Positions 18,571-27,847 of a DNA stretch of 64,000 bases are shown piece by piece. Origin of the DNA: a virus; IMG/VR virus record IMGVR_UViG_3300044796_000229, positions 7,662 to 71,661 of that record, one strand, 5' to 3'. Position 1 is the stretch's first letter. The number at the start of each line of letters is the position of its first letter. A program made the translations under genes and the position numbers. The notes beneath the pieces are model-generated. The model was not told where the DNA came from and did no database searches. It saw only the letters and a list, made by a program, of their open reading frames with translations.

Positions 18571-19040
18571 CATCTCAATATACGCCGACGCTCGCGGGGT
18601 TTCAGGCGTGGGCCAATGTGGCAATGGGAGTTACGTCAACTATCTTGCCGCTCAATAATCCGGCATGGAATTGGGCATTCACAGTCGCCATCAATCTAGT
18701 CGATCCGCTGTGGTGCCAAGTCTCGCCGCCGATTTACCAACTCATGGTCTATCTTGTTTCGGCGTCGAACTTGCTGAATTGGGCGCAGGATCCGGTCGGT
18801 GCGCCGATCTATAAAAACAACATGACGTACTTCGAATATTGGCGCGACAAGTGGAATTTGCTTGGCCCAGTATCCGGCGTCGTCAGTGCTGCCAGCGATC
18901 AAGGTTCGGCGACAAGTCTTGAAGTGCCGGAAGCGTTGAAGAACCTGACGCTGTTGGACCTTCAACACTTGAAAGACCCATATGGTCGCCAATACACCGC
19001 CTTGGCCCAATCGCAGGGCGATTTGTGGGGGCTTTCATAG
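18567..19040 (+). CDS. Head-tail adaptor (DUF4054-like)
   Basis: GVVSAASDQGSATS...PYGRQY motif. Confidence 0.7.
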   Translation: MTSQYTPTLAGFQAWANVAMGVTSTILPLNNPAWNWAFTVAINLVDPLWCQVSPPIYQLMVYLVSASNLLNWAQDPVGAPIYKNNMTYFEYWRDKWNLLGPVSGVVSAASDQGSATSLEVPEALKNLTLLDLQHLKDPYGRQYTALAQSQGDLWGLS

Positions 19041-19067
19041 TTATCGAAAATCACATAACATCTTAAT

Positions 19068-19238
19068 GCTGCAGAGTATTGAGGCCGTGCGAACGCTCAA
19101 CTGATCGCCCTACGACACGAAAGTGTCCGAACATTCCTCGGAATGCACACCTGACGATAAGCCGGATGAGGGTATAGCGTAAGTTACTCTGCAGCGCTTA
19201 TAGCGAAGCCCCGATGCGTTGCCACGCACCGAGGCTTC
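19068..19238 (+). ncRNA. Multi-hairpin structured RNA candidate upstream of a GIY-YIG gene
   Basis: 11-bp closing stem 19068-78/19185-95; GCGA, GAAA and CUCG tetraloop hairpins; further hairpin at 19205-19238. Confidence 0.6.
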
Positions 19239-19266
19239 TAACCACAAACCTACTGGAGATAGGAAG

Positions 19267-20141
19267 ATGGCTGAATACAAACTACCGCCAAACCGATTCT
19301 ACATCTATGTCTTTTCCGACCCAACGGCATTCCCTGTTACGTCGGGAAAGGAAGTCGTGATCGTCAAGGTCGCGAACGATGGTCGCGCCACTATGAAAAG
19401 AGCAAGAATACAAATCGGCATCTGAAAGCGATGTTGAAGAAATTTGGCTCCTTGCCGTGTGTAATAATCCGTTCTGATTTGCTGGAAACTGAGGCCTTCG
19501 AGATCGAGATTGCTTTAATTGCTGCGATAGGCAGGGAGCCCAATGGCCCTCTAGTCAATTTGACTGCTGGTGGAGAGGGTCTTTCTGGAAATAAACGTTC
19601 GCCAGAAGTTATTGAGAGAGATCGAAAAAATATGTTGAAACTCTATGCAGAGGATTCAACGCTTCGTCTTCGTGTTAGCGCAGGAACAAAAGCGGCAATG
19701 GCGCATCCCGAAGTTCGGAAGCGTGTCAGCGATGCTCAAAAGCGAAGGTTTGAAGATCCAGGTCAACGAGCGGCTTATAGTGCGGCGCGCAAAGGGATTC
19801 CAAAGAAAACGCCAGTAAGTGCCGAAACGCGAAAGAAACTCAGTCTCTGGCAAAAGGGCATTTTGCGAGGTCCGCTGTCTCCTGAATCGCTTGCAAAGCG
19901 TAGAGCCGCCATCGCATTAAGTAATGGACCGGCCAGTATCAAACTTAATGACAAAAAGCCAAAAGGCACATATAGCCGTAGCAAGACTTGGCGTGAGAGA
20001 ATTTCTTTATCTTTAAAAGGCAAGGAAAAAAGCCAAGAACAACGCGAAGCTTATAGCCGGGCACAGAAAGCGGCATGGGACAAAAAGCGTGAGATAGCAG
20101 CACAACGCGCCATGAAAGATAAAAATGTCTCTGATTCTTAG
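19267..20141 (+). pseudogene. GIY-YIG/NUMOD3 homing endonuclease with a -1 frameshift at 19312-19315
   Basis: Frame 1 reads MAEYKLPPNRFYIYV; the -1 frame continues FRPNGIPCYVGKG...GPLVNLTAGGEG and matches the paralog at 24038. Confidence 0.75.
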
Positions 20142-20637
20142 CCTTGGCGTCATCGAAATTCCCTATGCCAATGAGCCGAAGGAACAGCGCAAGGTTGTCA
20201 GAACCGTTCGCGGTGTGAAGGCGCGCGCGAAAGCGAAGTCTGCGCCGAAGCCTGCCGTTGATGCCGGAAAGACAACCGGTGATGTCGCGACGATCCTCGA
20301 AGCCAAATATCATATCATGGAAAACTTTGCGCATCGCTATAATGGCGAGATCGTGAAGGCGGCCGAGACGGCACTTGTCGGGCAACTTGAAAATCTGATC
20401 GCGGGTGTGCCGACGAATGGTGTGCATTACGGCGAGGCGGAATCTGCCATCGAAGACAGTTTTCGAAAGTTTCTCGACAACCGCGAACTTGATGGAACGC
20501 CCGGTGTACCCACGCTTGCGGCATTGCGTGGTGTGAGCCATCGTTTCAAACACCCATACGCAAAACGTCCGGAGCGTCCGAGTTTCATCGACACGGGCTT
20601 AATGCAGGCGGCATTCGTCGCCCAGATCAAAGAATAA
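20125..20637 (+). CDS. Neck/tail completion protein
   Basis: GDVATILEAKYHIM, RPSFIDTGL motifs. Confidence 0.65.
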   Translation: MSLILSLGVIEIPYANEPKEQRKVVRTVRGVKARAKAKSAPKPAVDAGKTTGDVATILEAKYHIMENFAHRYNGEIVKAAETALVGQLENLIAGVPTNGVHYGEAESAIEDSFRKFLDNRELDGTPGVPTLAALRGVSHRFKHPYAKRPERPSFIDTGLMQAAFVAQIKE

Positions 20638-21660
20638 ATGCCAACCGTCGAAGAGGCTGGTCCCGATCAATCACCGATGAATGCCGCGCTCAAGCAGGGC
20701 ATTGGCGCGATCTCGGAACAGCAAACCGTAACTTTCACGCTTTACACGCGCGTTTCGCTTCCTATCGATGGATCGTTGTTCTGGGTGAAGTCCGAACTTC
20801 TGAGCAAGTCCGCGATCTTCAATGCGTTCGCGCTGAACACCGTACCCTTCAACGAAGGAATTTCAGTCGAAACGCCGGCACCGACGTTCACTGTTCAAGG
20901 TTCGCTGCACTATAGCGCCGACAGAAATCAGGACGAATCCCAGAACTATGCGATTAACCGCATGGTGTTCACATCGGAAAAGCCAGTCGAGCCGCTGAAT
21001 AAGATCGGCCCTGCCACGTTGTGGATTGCAGAGTTCAATGGCTTGAAGTTCGCTTTTGGAAGTCACGCCTTTTTGTATCAGGCGGCTGGGCTTTGGCATT
21101 ATTCGGGGAACGCTGTTTATCCCGACATGGAGCCGCAGGTTATTGACAGCCTGAATGGTTTTTCGAACAAGCAGATCGTTTCTAATAGCTTGCCGATCTG
21201 GCTCAGCATGAATCGGTACAGAGCAAAGCCTTGGGAGCCGTTTGGAAACAGCCTGCCGCTCTATGCATCGTATCTGTTGCCGGCGAACATTCCGCCGCCC
21301 TGGGGTTCGGTTCATATCCCGCCGGAAAGCACGACAGCCATCGCCGCAGCACCGACATTCGGGAAGACCTATAGCCGCCAGCAGTTCGTGCAGGAAACGG
21401 TTCGCGTCTCGATCTATGGTTATCGGAACGAGGACGCACTCGATTTTGCCGACTTCGTGCAGCAATACGCTGAAAGCACGCAGCTATTTGGGATTATGAA
21501 CCAGCCTGTGATCCGGGATGAAAAGCGCACACAGGTCGAACTCTCGACGTTGTCGCAGAAGAAGACCATCGACTTCCAAATCAACTATTACCAACAGCGC
21601 GTCAATGACATCGCGCGCCAACTCATTCTCTCCGCGATTCCCACCTACATCTTCAACTAG
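20638..21660 (+). CDS. Head-closure/tail-terminator-like structural protein
   Basis: 340 aa in the neck module; QGSLHY, KKTIDFQINYYQ. Confidence 0.6.
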   Translation: MPTVEEAGPDQSPMNAALKQGIGAISEQQTVTFTLYTRVSLPIDGSLFWVKSELLSKSAIFNAFALNTVPFNEGISVETPAPTFTVQGSLHYSADRNQDESQNYAINRMVFTSEKPVEPLNKIGPATLWIAEFNGLKFAFGSHAFLYQAAGLWHYSGNAVYPDMEPQVIDSLNGFSNKQIVSNSLPIWLSMNRYRAKPWEPFGNSLPLYASYLLPANIPPPWGSVHIPPESTTAIAAAPTFGKTYSRQQFVQETVRVSIYGYRNEDALDFADFVQQYAESTQLFGIMNQPVIRDEKRTQVELSTLSQKKTIDFQINYYQQRVNDIARQLILSAIPTYIFN

Positions 21661-21671
21661 AGGAACCTCCA

Positions 21672-22253
21672 ATGCCCCAGAACAACGGTATCGTTCTTAC
21701 GGAAGGCCCGTCCGGCACGCAGCCGCTGCAATCGGACGCTGACGGGAATCTCAAGGTCGCCATCGAATCGGAAATCGCGGTTGGCGCTGTCTCCATTGCC
21801 GCTGGCGGTGTTGTATCGGGGGCTTACCTTGATGGCGCCATTGTCACGCTTGGCACGGAAGCCGATGCTGCCTACACGACAGGCAGTGGCACGGCGATCT
21901 CGGTCCTGAAGGGCATTTTCGGCAAGGTTGCAGCCGTTCTCGGCGTCAAATTCTCTGGTCTCAAGTATTACACCGTGGCTGCATCGCAGACAAAGCAAAC
22001 GCTTGGCACCGGCGCGGTCGGCGATACGCTGAACTCCATTGTCATCGTTCCTGCAACGACAACGCCTGGTGTCGTCGAGGTCTACGACAGTTCCGGTGGA
22101 ACGGCCATCGTTCTCTTTGTTGGCGGCGTAACATCCGTTGCCGATCTCAAGCCGATTACGATCTCACTCAACATGGTGAGCGCAACAGGCGGCTGGGAAG
22201 TTACGACCGGCGCGGATGTTTCCGTCATCGCGATTGGTCAGTTCACGCCGTAA
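21672..22253 (+). CDS. Beta-rich virion protein
   Basis: RBS gagg; the C-terminal part resembles the 13715 protein (VVEVYDS vs IKIYDG). Confidence 0.55.
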   Translation: MPQNNGIVLTEGPSGTQPLQSDADGNLKVAIESEIAVGAVSIAAGGVVSGAYLDGAIVTLGTEADAAYTTGSGTAISVLKGIFGKVAAVLGVKFSGLKYYTVAASQTKQTLGTGAVGDTLNSIVIVPATTTPGVVEVYDSSGGTAIVLFVGGVTSVADLKPITISLNMVSATGGWEVTTGADVSVIAIGQFTP

Positions 22254-22284
22254 TTCTGTCTTCCAAGAGAAAGGCTATTAGGCC

Positions 22285-23931
22285 ATGTCGACAGAAATTG
22301 TCGTCGTAAACGTCGCTGAACAGTTCGCGCCAAAACCGGCGACTTTGCAGCAGAGCGGCGCTTTCATTAGCCAAGGCGCTACAACGCTTGCGCCCGGCAC
22401 ATGGGCATCTCTCCCACAGTCATCGACGCTCGCAACGCTGCTGAACTCTCCGCTTGCTCTTTCCGGGATTTCGCAATCGGCGGGTACCGCGACCGCGACC
22501 ACTGCTGCCACGACGGCATCGGCCGGCACTTATAATAGCGTATCGGGTCTCGTTACTTTGACCTTGAGCGCCGACATCGGGCTGACTGAGGGAAGTTCGG
22601 CGGTTGTCAGCGGCGCGACCGGGACGGGAACCGTTTCTGATATTGACGGAACGTTCGTCGCCGCTGTCGGCACGGGCGGAACTACTCTCACCTATACCAT
22701 CGCGGAAAGCCTGACGCTGACAATCACAGGCGCCAATGTCGGGATTGGTCACGGCATCACGGTTTCCGATACGTGGCTGACGACCATCGCAGGCGCGGTT
22801 CCTGCGGCCTACAACGGGACGTTTCTGGCGACGGCGGCATCCGCAACCACATTCACCTATTCGGTGCCGAGCGCGACATCATCGCCTGCTACCGGTTCGC
22901 CGACTTATACTGGCCGGAATGTCGTCGAACTGGTTTCTATGAACACGACGTGGTGGGCGCAGCAGAACGCGGGAAATCTTTCGCCCTATGTTCTCGAACT
23001 TGGGCCTGTGGAAGACACGGCGGCGATCACGGCGCTCGGAACCTACATCGCGAACAACCCGAACTCGGCATACACGCCGGGCGCGGAAGGGTTTTTCTAC
23101 TCCTATCTCGTTCCGCGGGCATGGGCTTCGGAAAGCAGCTATCTGACGTTTGTCTCGCAATTCAATTCTCCGACTTCGCGCACGAAGTTCTGGACGACGA
23201 TGACGACGTCCAACTATACCAGCTTCACCAACCTGAATTCCTGTGTCATAGGCCTTGTCGAAGCGCCTGGAATTCCTGCAACCGAATTCAGTCTGTGTTC
23301 CGGCTTCTACGTCACGCTGAACTATGGTCCGACCACGACAAACAAGGTTCCGCCACTCAACAATTCCTATGTGTTCGGCGTCACGCCTTATCCGGTGGCT
23401 GGAAATACGGCGTTGCTCAACGCCTTCAAGGCGGCCGGCGTCAACTGGATCAGCACCGGGGCGCAAGGTGGCATCACCCTCACCACATTCGTTTACGGCA
23501 CGACGATGGATGGGAAGTCGTTCAACATCGGCTATTCTGTCGATTGGGCGCAGATCACCACGAAGATCGTGGTCGCGAACGCGGTCATCAACGGATCGAA
23601 CGACCCCACGAATCCGCTCTACTACGATCAGGATGGTATCAATCGGCTGCAGTCGGCCGCCGCCGGAAATCTTCAATCTGGTATCGGATCGGGGCTTATC
23701 CTCGGCACGCTGAACCAGGTCGAACTCGATCCGACGACATTCCTGAACAACTTCAATAATGGCGTTTATGCGGGGCAGTGCGTCATCAATGCTGTGCCGT
23801 TCCAGACATGGCTCAATGCAAACCCTTCGACTTATGCGGAAGGTGTTTACGGCGGCTTCACTATCGTTATGACGCCACAACTCGGATTTACCCAAATAAT
23901 TTTCAACCTAGACGTAACAGAATTCGCGTAA
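22285..23931 (+). CDS. Tail sheath protein (DUF3383-like)
   Basis: 548 aa; YSVDWAQI, NPLYYDQDGINRLQ, GFTQIIFNLDVT. Confidence 0.8.
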   Translation: MSTEIVVVNVAEQFAPKPATLQQSGAFISQGATTLAPGTWASLPQSSTLATLLNSPLALSGISQSAGTATATTAATTASAGTYNSVSGLVTLTLSADIGLTEGSSAVVSGATGTGTVSDIDGTFVAAVGTGGTTLTYTIAESLTLTITGANVGIGHGITVSDTWLTTIAGAVPAAYNGTFLATAASATTFTYSVPSATSSPATGSPTYTGRNVVELVSMNTTWWAQQNAGNLSPYVLELGPVEDTAAITALGTYIANNPNSAYTPGAEGFFYSYLVPRAWASESSYLTFVSQFNSPTSRTKFWTTMTTSNYTSFTNLNSCVIGLVEAPGIPATEFSLCSGFYVTLNYGPTTTNKVPPLNNSYVFGVTPYPVAGNTALLNAFKAAGVNWISTGAQGGITLTTFVYGTTMDGKSFNIGYSVDWAQITTKIVVANAVINGSNDPTNPLYYDQDGINRLQSAAAGNLQSGIGSGLILGTLNQVELDPTTFLNNFNNGVYAGQCVINAVPFQTWLNANPSTYAEGVYGGFTIVMTPQLGFTQIIFNLDVTEFA

Positions 23932-23957
23932 ATTCGAAAATTCAGTTACGATGTCTT

Positions 23958-24037
23958 GCGGCTAGGGGGATACCCCGAAGAGTCGGCTATCCACCGGCCT
24001 GCCGCGCTTTCAAATTAGATCGAGAGGGATACTCGAA
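23958..24037 (+). promoter_or_regulatory. Structured leader sequestering the RBS of the downstream endonuclease
   Basis: Three-way junction gcggc/gccgc; tcgag/ctcga hairpin encloses agggata. Confidence 0.5.
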
Positions 24038-24931
24038 ATGGACAATGCCGGAAATTATCATCTCTACATCTATTTCCGTCCGAACGGTGTGCCTTGCTAT
24101 GTGGGGATAGGAAGAAACAAACGATGGTTGGATCATCTGAAGAAAGGTAGCGGCAATAGACACCTCAAAGCTATTATAGCTTTGGCAGGCGGAACTACAC
24201 CGCATGTGAAAATACGAGATGGTATGACGAAAGCGCAAGCGATCGAAGCAGAGATTGCTCTAATCGCTGCCATCGGACGGAAAGATTTAGGAACCGGCCC
24301 ATTGGTCAATCTGACAGATGGCGGAGACGGTCCTTCTGGATTCATTGTGGGCGAAGATGTTCGTCGAATCATTGGACAAAAATCAAAAGAGAAATGGAAT
24401 GATCCGGCCACGCGAGCACGGATCATCGAGGCTCAAAATAAAGGGCGAGCGACACCCGAATATAGAAAAAAGCGGAGTGAAATCTCAAAAGCTAACGCAT
24501 CAAATAGTGATGTACGCGCTCGCTCCGCTGAAACGAAGAGAAAAACTTTATTAAATCCTGAGATTCGGAAAAAAATATCCATCGCAACACGGAATGCGAT
24601 GGCTCGTCCTGAAATAAAATGCAGGATGAGTGAGGCCCAAAAGAAACGCTTTGAATCTCCAGAAGCAAGAGCGAAATTGGGTAACAACACGCGCGGTCGT
24701 AAATTATCTTTGGAACATAAACAGAAAATCGCGGCAAAACATCGTGGCCAGAAACGATCCAAAGAAGCGAGAGCCAAGATGAGTGCTTGGCAAATAGGAC
24801 GAAAAATGTCGCCCGAGACCAAGAAAAAATTAAGCGTCGCAAAACTTGGAAAACCTCTTTCGTTAGAACATAGAGCCAAGCTCAGCGAGGCTCAGAAACT
24901 AAGGCAGGCTAGAATCCGAGGCCACATCTAA
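24038..24931 (+). CDS. GIY-YIG homing endonuclease with NUMOD3 repeats
   Basis: YHLYIYFRPNGVPCYVGIG, E..LI..IGR...GPLVNLTDGGDG; repeated S-E-K/R-K-S NUMOD3 units; AT-rich. Confidence 0.85.
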   Translation: MDNAGNYHLYIYFRPNGVPCYVGIGRNKRWLDHLKKGSGNRHLKAIIALAGGTTPHVKIRDGMTKAQAIEAEIALIAAIGRKDLGTGPLVNLTDGGDGPSGFIVGEDVRRIIGQKSKEKWNDPATRARIIEAQNKGRATPEYRKKRSEISKANASNSDVRARSAETKRKTLLNPEIRKKISIATRNAMARPEIKCRMSEAQKKRFESPEARAKLGNNTRGRKLSLEHKQKIAAKHRGQKRSKEARAKMSAWQIGRKMSPETKKKLSVAKLGKPLSLEHRAKLSEAQKLRQARIRGHI

Positions 24932-24942
24932 GGATCATATTT

Positions 24943-25395
24943 ATGGGAACAGTACCCGCCACCCCACAGGGCACGCTTAATCGGATTCGAGCTTCGGTTG
25001 TGGTTCCGCTCAATCCGCTTTTGAACGTCTCGGCACAATATCTCGGCTCGGAAGGAATTTCCTTCACGCCGACCGGCAAGAGCGTGACCTACATCAAAAC
25101 GCTTACAGGCGCGGTGCGCTCGGAAGAGCCGTACATGATGCTGGAAGGCTCGATCCATTTGCTCCGGACGCAAAGCCTCGCCAATCTTTACAAGGCTGCG
25201 ATGGAGACCGATTGCTATCTTGGGCCGCTCACGGTGCGTCCCGATACGTCAGCACTCAATCCCTACCAGTACACGAACTGTTCGATCACAAGCGTCGAGA
25301 CATTGAAGTTCAACGGAACGGACGCCGGGTTCATTATCGGCATCGAGGGCATTTATCTCTCGAACTCATTGCTTTTCGCGCTGGCGCCGGGCTAA
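24943..25395 (+). CDS. Tail tube protein
   Basis: 150 aa after the sheath; QGTLNRIRASV, LLRTQSLA. Confidence 0.7.
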   Translation: MGTVPATPQGTLNRIRASVVVPLNPLLNVSAQYLGSEGISFTPTGKSVTYIKTLTGAVRSEEPYMMLEGSIHLLRTQSLANLYKAAMETDCYLGPLTVRPDTSALNPYQYTNCSITSVETLKFNGTDAGFIIGIEGIYLSNSLLFALAPG

Positions 25396-25401
25396 CCGCC
25401 A

Positions 25402-25977
25402 ATGAAAATCAGCAAGACGCTTCATCTGGTTATTCCCATTGAAACGGAGGCTGGAGAACTATTTGCTCATTCGACGCCGATCATGCCGGAAACTTTCAAG
25501 TTTTACGCGCGCGTCATGGCCACGGCCTTCAAGGAAATCTATGTGGATGGCCCCGGCCTTCTCGGAGGTCCGCGCATCGCAGCCTTCATTCTCGAAGAAG
25601 TCGCCAAGCGGATGGGAATGTGGGACGGCGACACAGGCGTACAGGTCGGGCTAATCGGAGAAATCAATCGCCGCACGAACATCATGGTGCCGAGTCCGAA
25701 GGGTTGGATGATGGTGCCTTTGGAAGACGCTGTTCGGGATGGAACGATCGATAGCCAAGACGCTTCGGAGGTCGAGAACGCCATTTGTTTTTTTACGTTG
25801 GCCTCTTCGATGCACCGCAGGTCGGAACTTCTGCCGATCATGGAACAGGTTTCGAGAATTTGGGGCGGGCGCATGGAATCCTTGACCTGTTCGGAATTCA
25901 TGAATTCCTTGCCGACGTCGAAAGGGATCGTCAGTTCTACCGCGAAGAGTGCGGAGGGATTGTCGGTGCCATCCTAG
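25402..25977 (+). CDS. Tail assembly chaperone (G-like)
   Basis: Position between tube and tape measure; T TTT TTT slippery site at 25788-25794. Confidence 0.65.
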   Translation: MKISKTLHLVIPIETEAGELFAHSTPIMPETFKFYARVMATAFKEIYVDGPGLLGGPRIAAFILEEVAKRMGMWDGDTGVQVGLIGEINRRTNIMVPSPKGWMMVPLEDAVRDGTIDSQDASEVENAICFFTLASSMHRRSELLPIMEQVSRIWGGRMESLTCSEFMNSLPTSKGIVSSTAKSAEGLSVPS

Positions 25978-26093
25978 ACTGGGCGGCGAATGAGGGATTT
26001 GCAGACGTGATGCGCCGATACGATTTCAAATTCGTATCGGCGCATCAATTTCGTCAGCGGCATCTTTTGGAAATACTCCGGGCAAGGCGCTAA
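25785..26093 (+). CDS. Putative -1 frameshift extension (GT-like)
   Basis: The -1 frame is open from the T7 run to 5 nt before the tape measure start. Confidence 0.45.
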   Translation: MFFYVGLFDAPQVGTSADHGTGFENLGRAHGILDLFGIHEFLADVERDRQFYREECGGIVGAILDWAANEGFADVMRRYDFKFVSAHQFRQRHLLEILRARR

Positions 26094-26098
26094 AGCGA

Positions 26099-27847
26099 AT
26101 GGCAATCAAGCCTATCCTCGACATCGACATAGACCCGACCAACAAGCTCGGTGCCTATGTCGCGAAGTACAAGGAATACGAAGCTGCCCTGAAAAAGACG
26201 CCCGGCATCTGGGCAAAGGCTGGCGCGGAGGCGGAAGGCGCGGCAACATCCTTTGAAACCGGTGTCGCGGCTCTTTTGGCCATGCTTGATGCCGCTCAGC
26301 AACTTGGCGACCAGCAGCGCAAGGTGAAGAAGGATTCCGACGACATCGGCGTGAGCTGGAAAACCGCCGCGACTTGGTCGAAGAATTTTGCCTCGAATAT
26401 CGCAGGAGCGACGATCTCTCTGGCCAAATGGGTAGGCATAGGCTCCGCCATAACCGGTATCGTGGGCGCTGGCGGCCTCTGGGGCCTTGACCGGCTGGCA
26501 GGCGCGGTCGGGGCTGGACGCCGCTCAGCGCAGGGCTTGGGCCTCTCCTATGGCGAGCAGAAGGCATTTGGTATCGACTTTGGCCGCCTTGTGGACACGA
26601 ACCAGTTTCTTGGCGGAGTAAGCGAATCCCTGTCGGATGTCACAAAGCGTCGCTTCCTGTATGCCGGCGGCCTTTCGAATACGGATATCGCAGGCAAGGA
26701 TACCGCGCAGGTTTCGGTCGCGTTGCTTTCCAGCATTAAGCATTTGGCCGACAACACCGATCCGCGACTTTTGGGACAGGTTCTCGCGGCCCGCGGCCTT
26801 GGTCAGTTTGGACTTAGCGTCGAAGATTTGCGCCGGTTACGCGCCACGCCGGAAAGCGAAATCGGCGAGTTTCTGAAACAGTATCGTCAGGACAAGTCCG
26901 CTTTCGGCTTCGATGATGCGACGCAAAAGAAGTGGCAGGATCTGGACCGCACGCTGGAGGCATCGAAAACAAAGATTGAAGCCGCGTTCATCAAGGGCCT
27001 CTCTGGGGTGGCACCTGAACTTTCACATCTGTCCGATGCGGTAGCGGACGCCATTACGATATTCTTGGGTAGAAAATCTCTGAAAGAGGGCATCAAAGAT
27101 TTCGCTGGCGGGATCAAAAACTTCGCCGGTTATATCTCATCGCCAAAGTTTTTGAGCGATATGCAGACCTTCGTAACCGATATCGGATTGGTTGCTCAAG
27201 CGACGGTGAATGCACTTCGCTTTTTCGGGCTTATTCCGGCCGCTCAGGTGACGAACACCGAAGCAGATGTCGCGTCAGGAACGGATGTAACACAACGGAA
27301 TTTCCGGGGCAGCAAGCCAGGTTTTTTCGCAGCACATCAAATGAATAATCGCCTTCAGGCTTTAGGCTTGGATCCTATGTCCGCTGCCGCTGTTGAAGGA
27401 AATGCGGAATGGGAGAGCGGTCTCGATCCAAATCGCTGGGGCGACTACGATAAAAATGGAAAGCCGGAAGCATATGGACTTTTCCAGATGCACAAAGCGT
27501 GGCGCAAAGAATTTGCGAAGTGGGCAGGACATCCAATTTTCGGCACATCCGCGCAGGAACAAGAAAGGTTCATCGTTTACGAACTGACACAGGGAAAAGC
27601 GAAGGCGCTTGGCGATAAGATGCGGGCGGATAAAACGCTTGCTGAAAAAGTATGGGACTTCAATCACGACTTAGAGGCGCCAAGGGACAGAGAAAACAGG
27701 AATGGAAGTTATAAAGGCCGTCTCGCACTCGCTTCCAAAACGCTGAACCACAATGTCAAATCGCACGTGACCGTGAAGGTCGTTGTCAAAACACCTCCAG
27801 GTTCCAATCCGACCGTCAACGCTTCAACACTTTCGCTGCCACAATGA
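26099..27847 (+). CDS. Tape measure protein with C-terminal phage tail lysozyme domain
   Basis: Helical Ala/Gly-rich body; AAAVEGNAEWESGLDP...AYGLFQ lysozyme motif. Confidence 0.8.
   Translation: MAIKPILDIDIDPTNKLGAYVAKYKEYEAALKKTPGIWAKAGAEAEGAATSFETGVAALLAMLDAAQQLGDQQRKVKKDSDDIGVSWKTAATWSKNFASNIAGATISLAKWVGIGSAITGIVGAGGLWGLDRLAGAVGAGRRSAQGLGLSYGEQKAFGIDFGRLVDTNQFLGGVSESLSDVTKRRFLYAGGLSNTDIAGKDTAQVSVALLSSIKHLADNTDPRLLGQVLAARGLGQFGLSVEDLRRLRATPESEIGEFLKQYRQDKSAFGFDDATQKKWQDLDRTLEASKTKIEAAFIKGLSGVAPELSHLSDAVADAITIFLGRKSLKEGIKDFAGGIKNFAGYISSPKFLSDMQTFVTDIGLVAQATVNALRFFGLIPAAQVTNTEADVASGTDVTQRNFRGSKPGFFAAHQMNNRLQALGLDPMSAAAVEGNAEWESGLDPNRWGDYDKNGKPEAYGLFQMHKAWRKEFAKWAGHPIFGTSAQEQERFIVYELTQGKAKALGDKMRADKTLAEKVWDFNHDLEAPRDRENRNGSYKGRLALASKTLNHNVKSHVTVKVVVKTPPGSNPTVNASTLSLPQ

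Noticed and set aside
19068-20141. Group I intron carrying the GIY-YIG gene
   Set aside because: The element is intergenic with intact flanking genes, and I could not find a proper P7 guanosine-binding helix or P/Q/R/S elements.
22773-23895. Long overlapping ORFs within the sheath gene (328 aa on +, 338 aa on -)
   Set aside because: No recognisable motifs or RBS; shadow ORFs expected from GC-rich codon bias.
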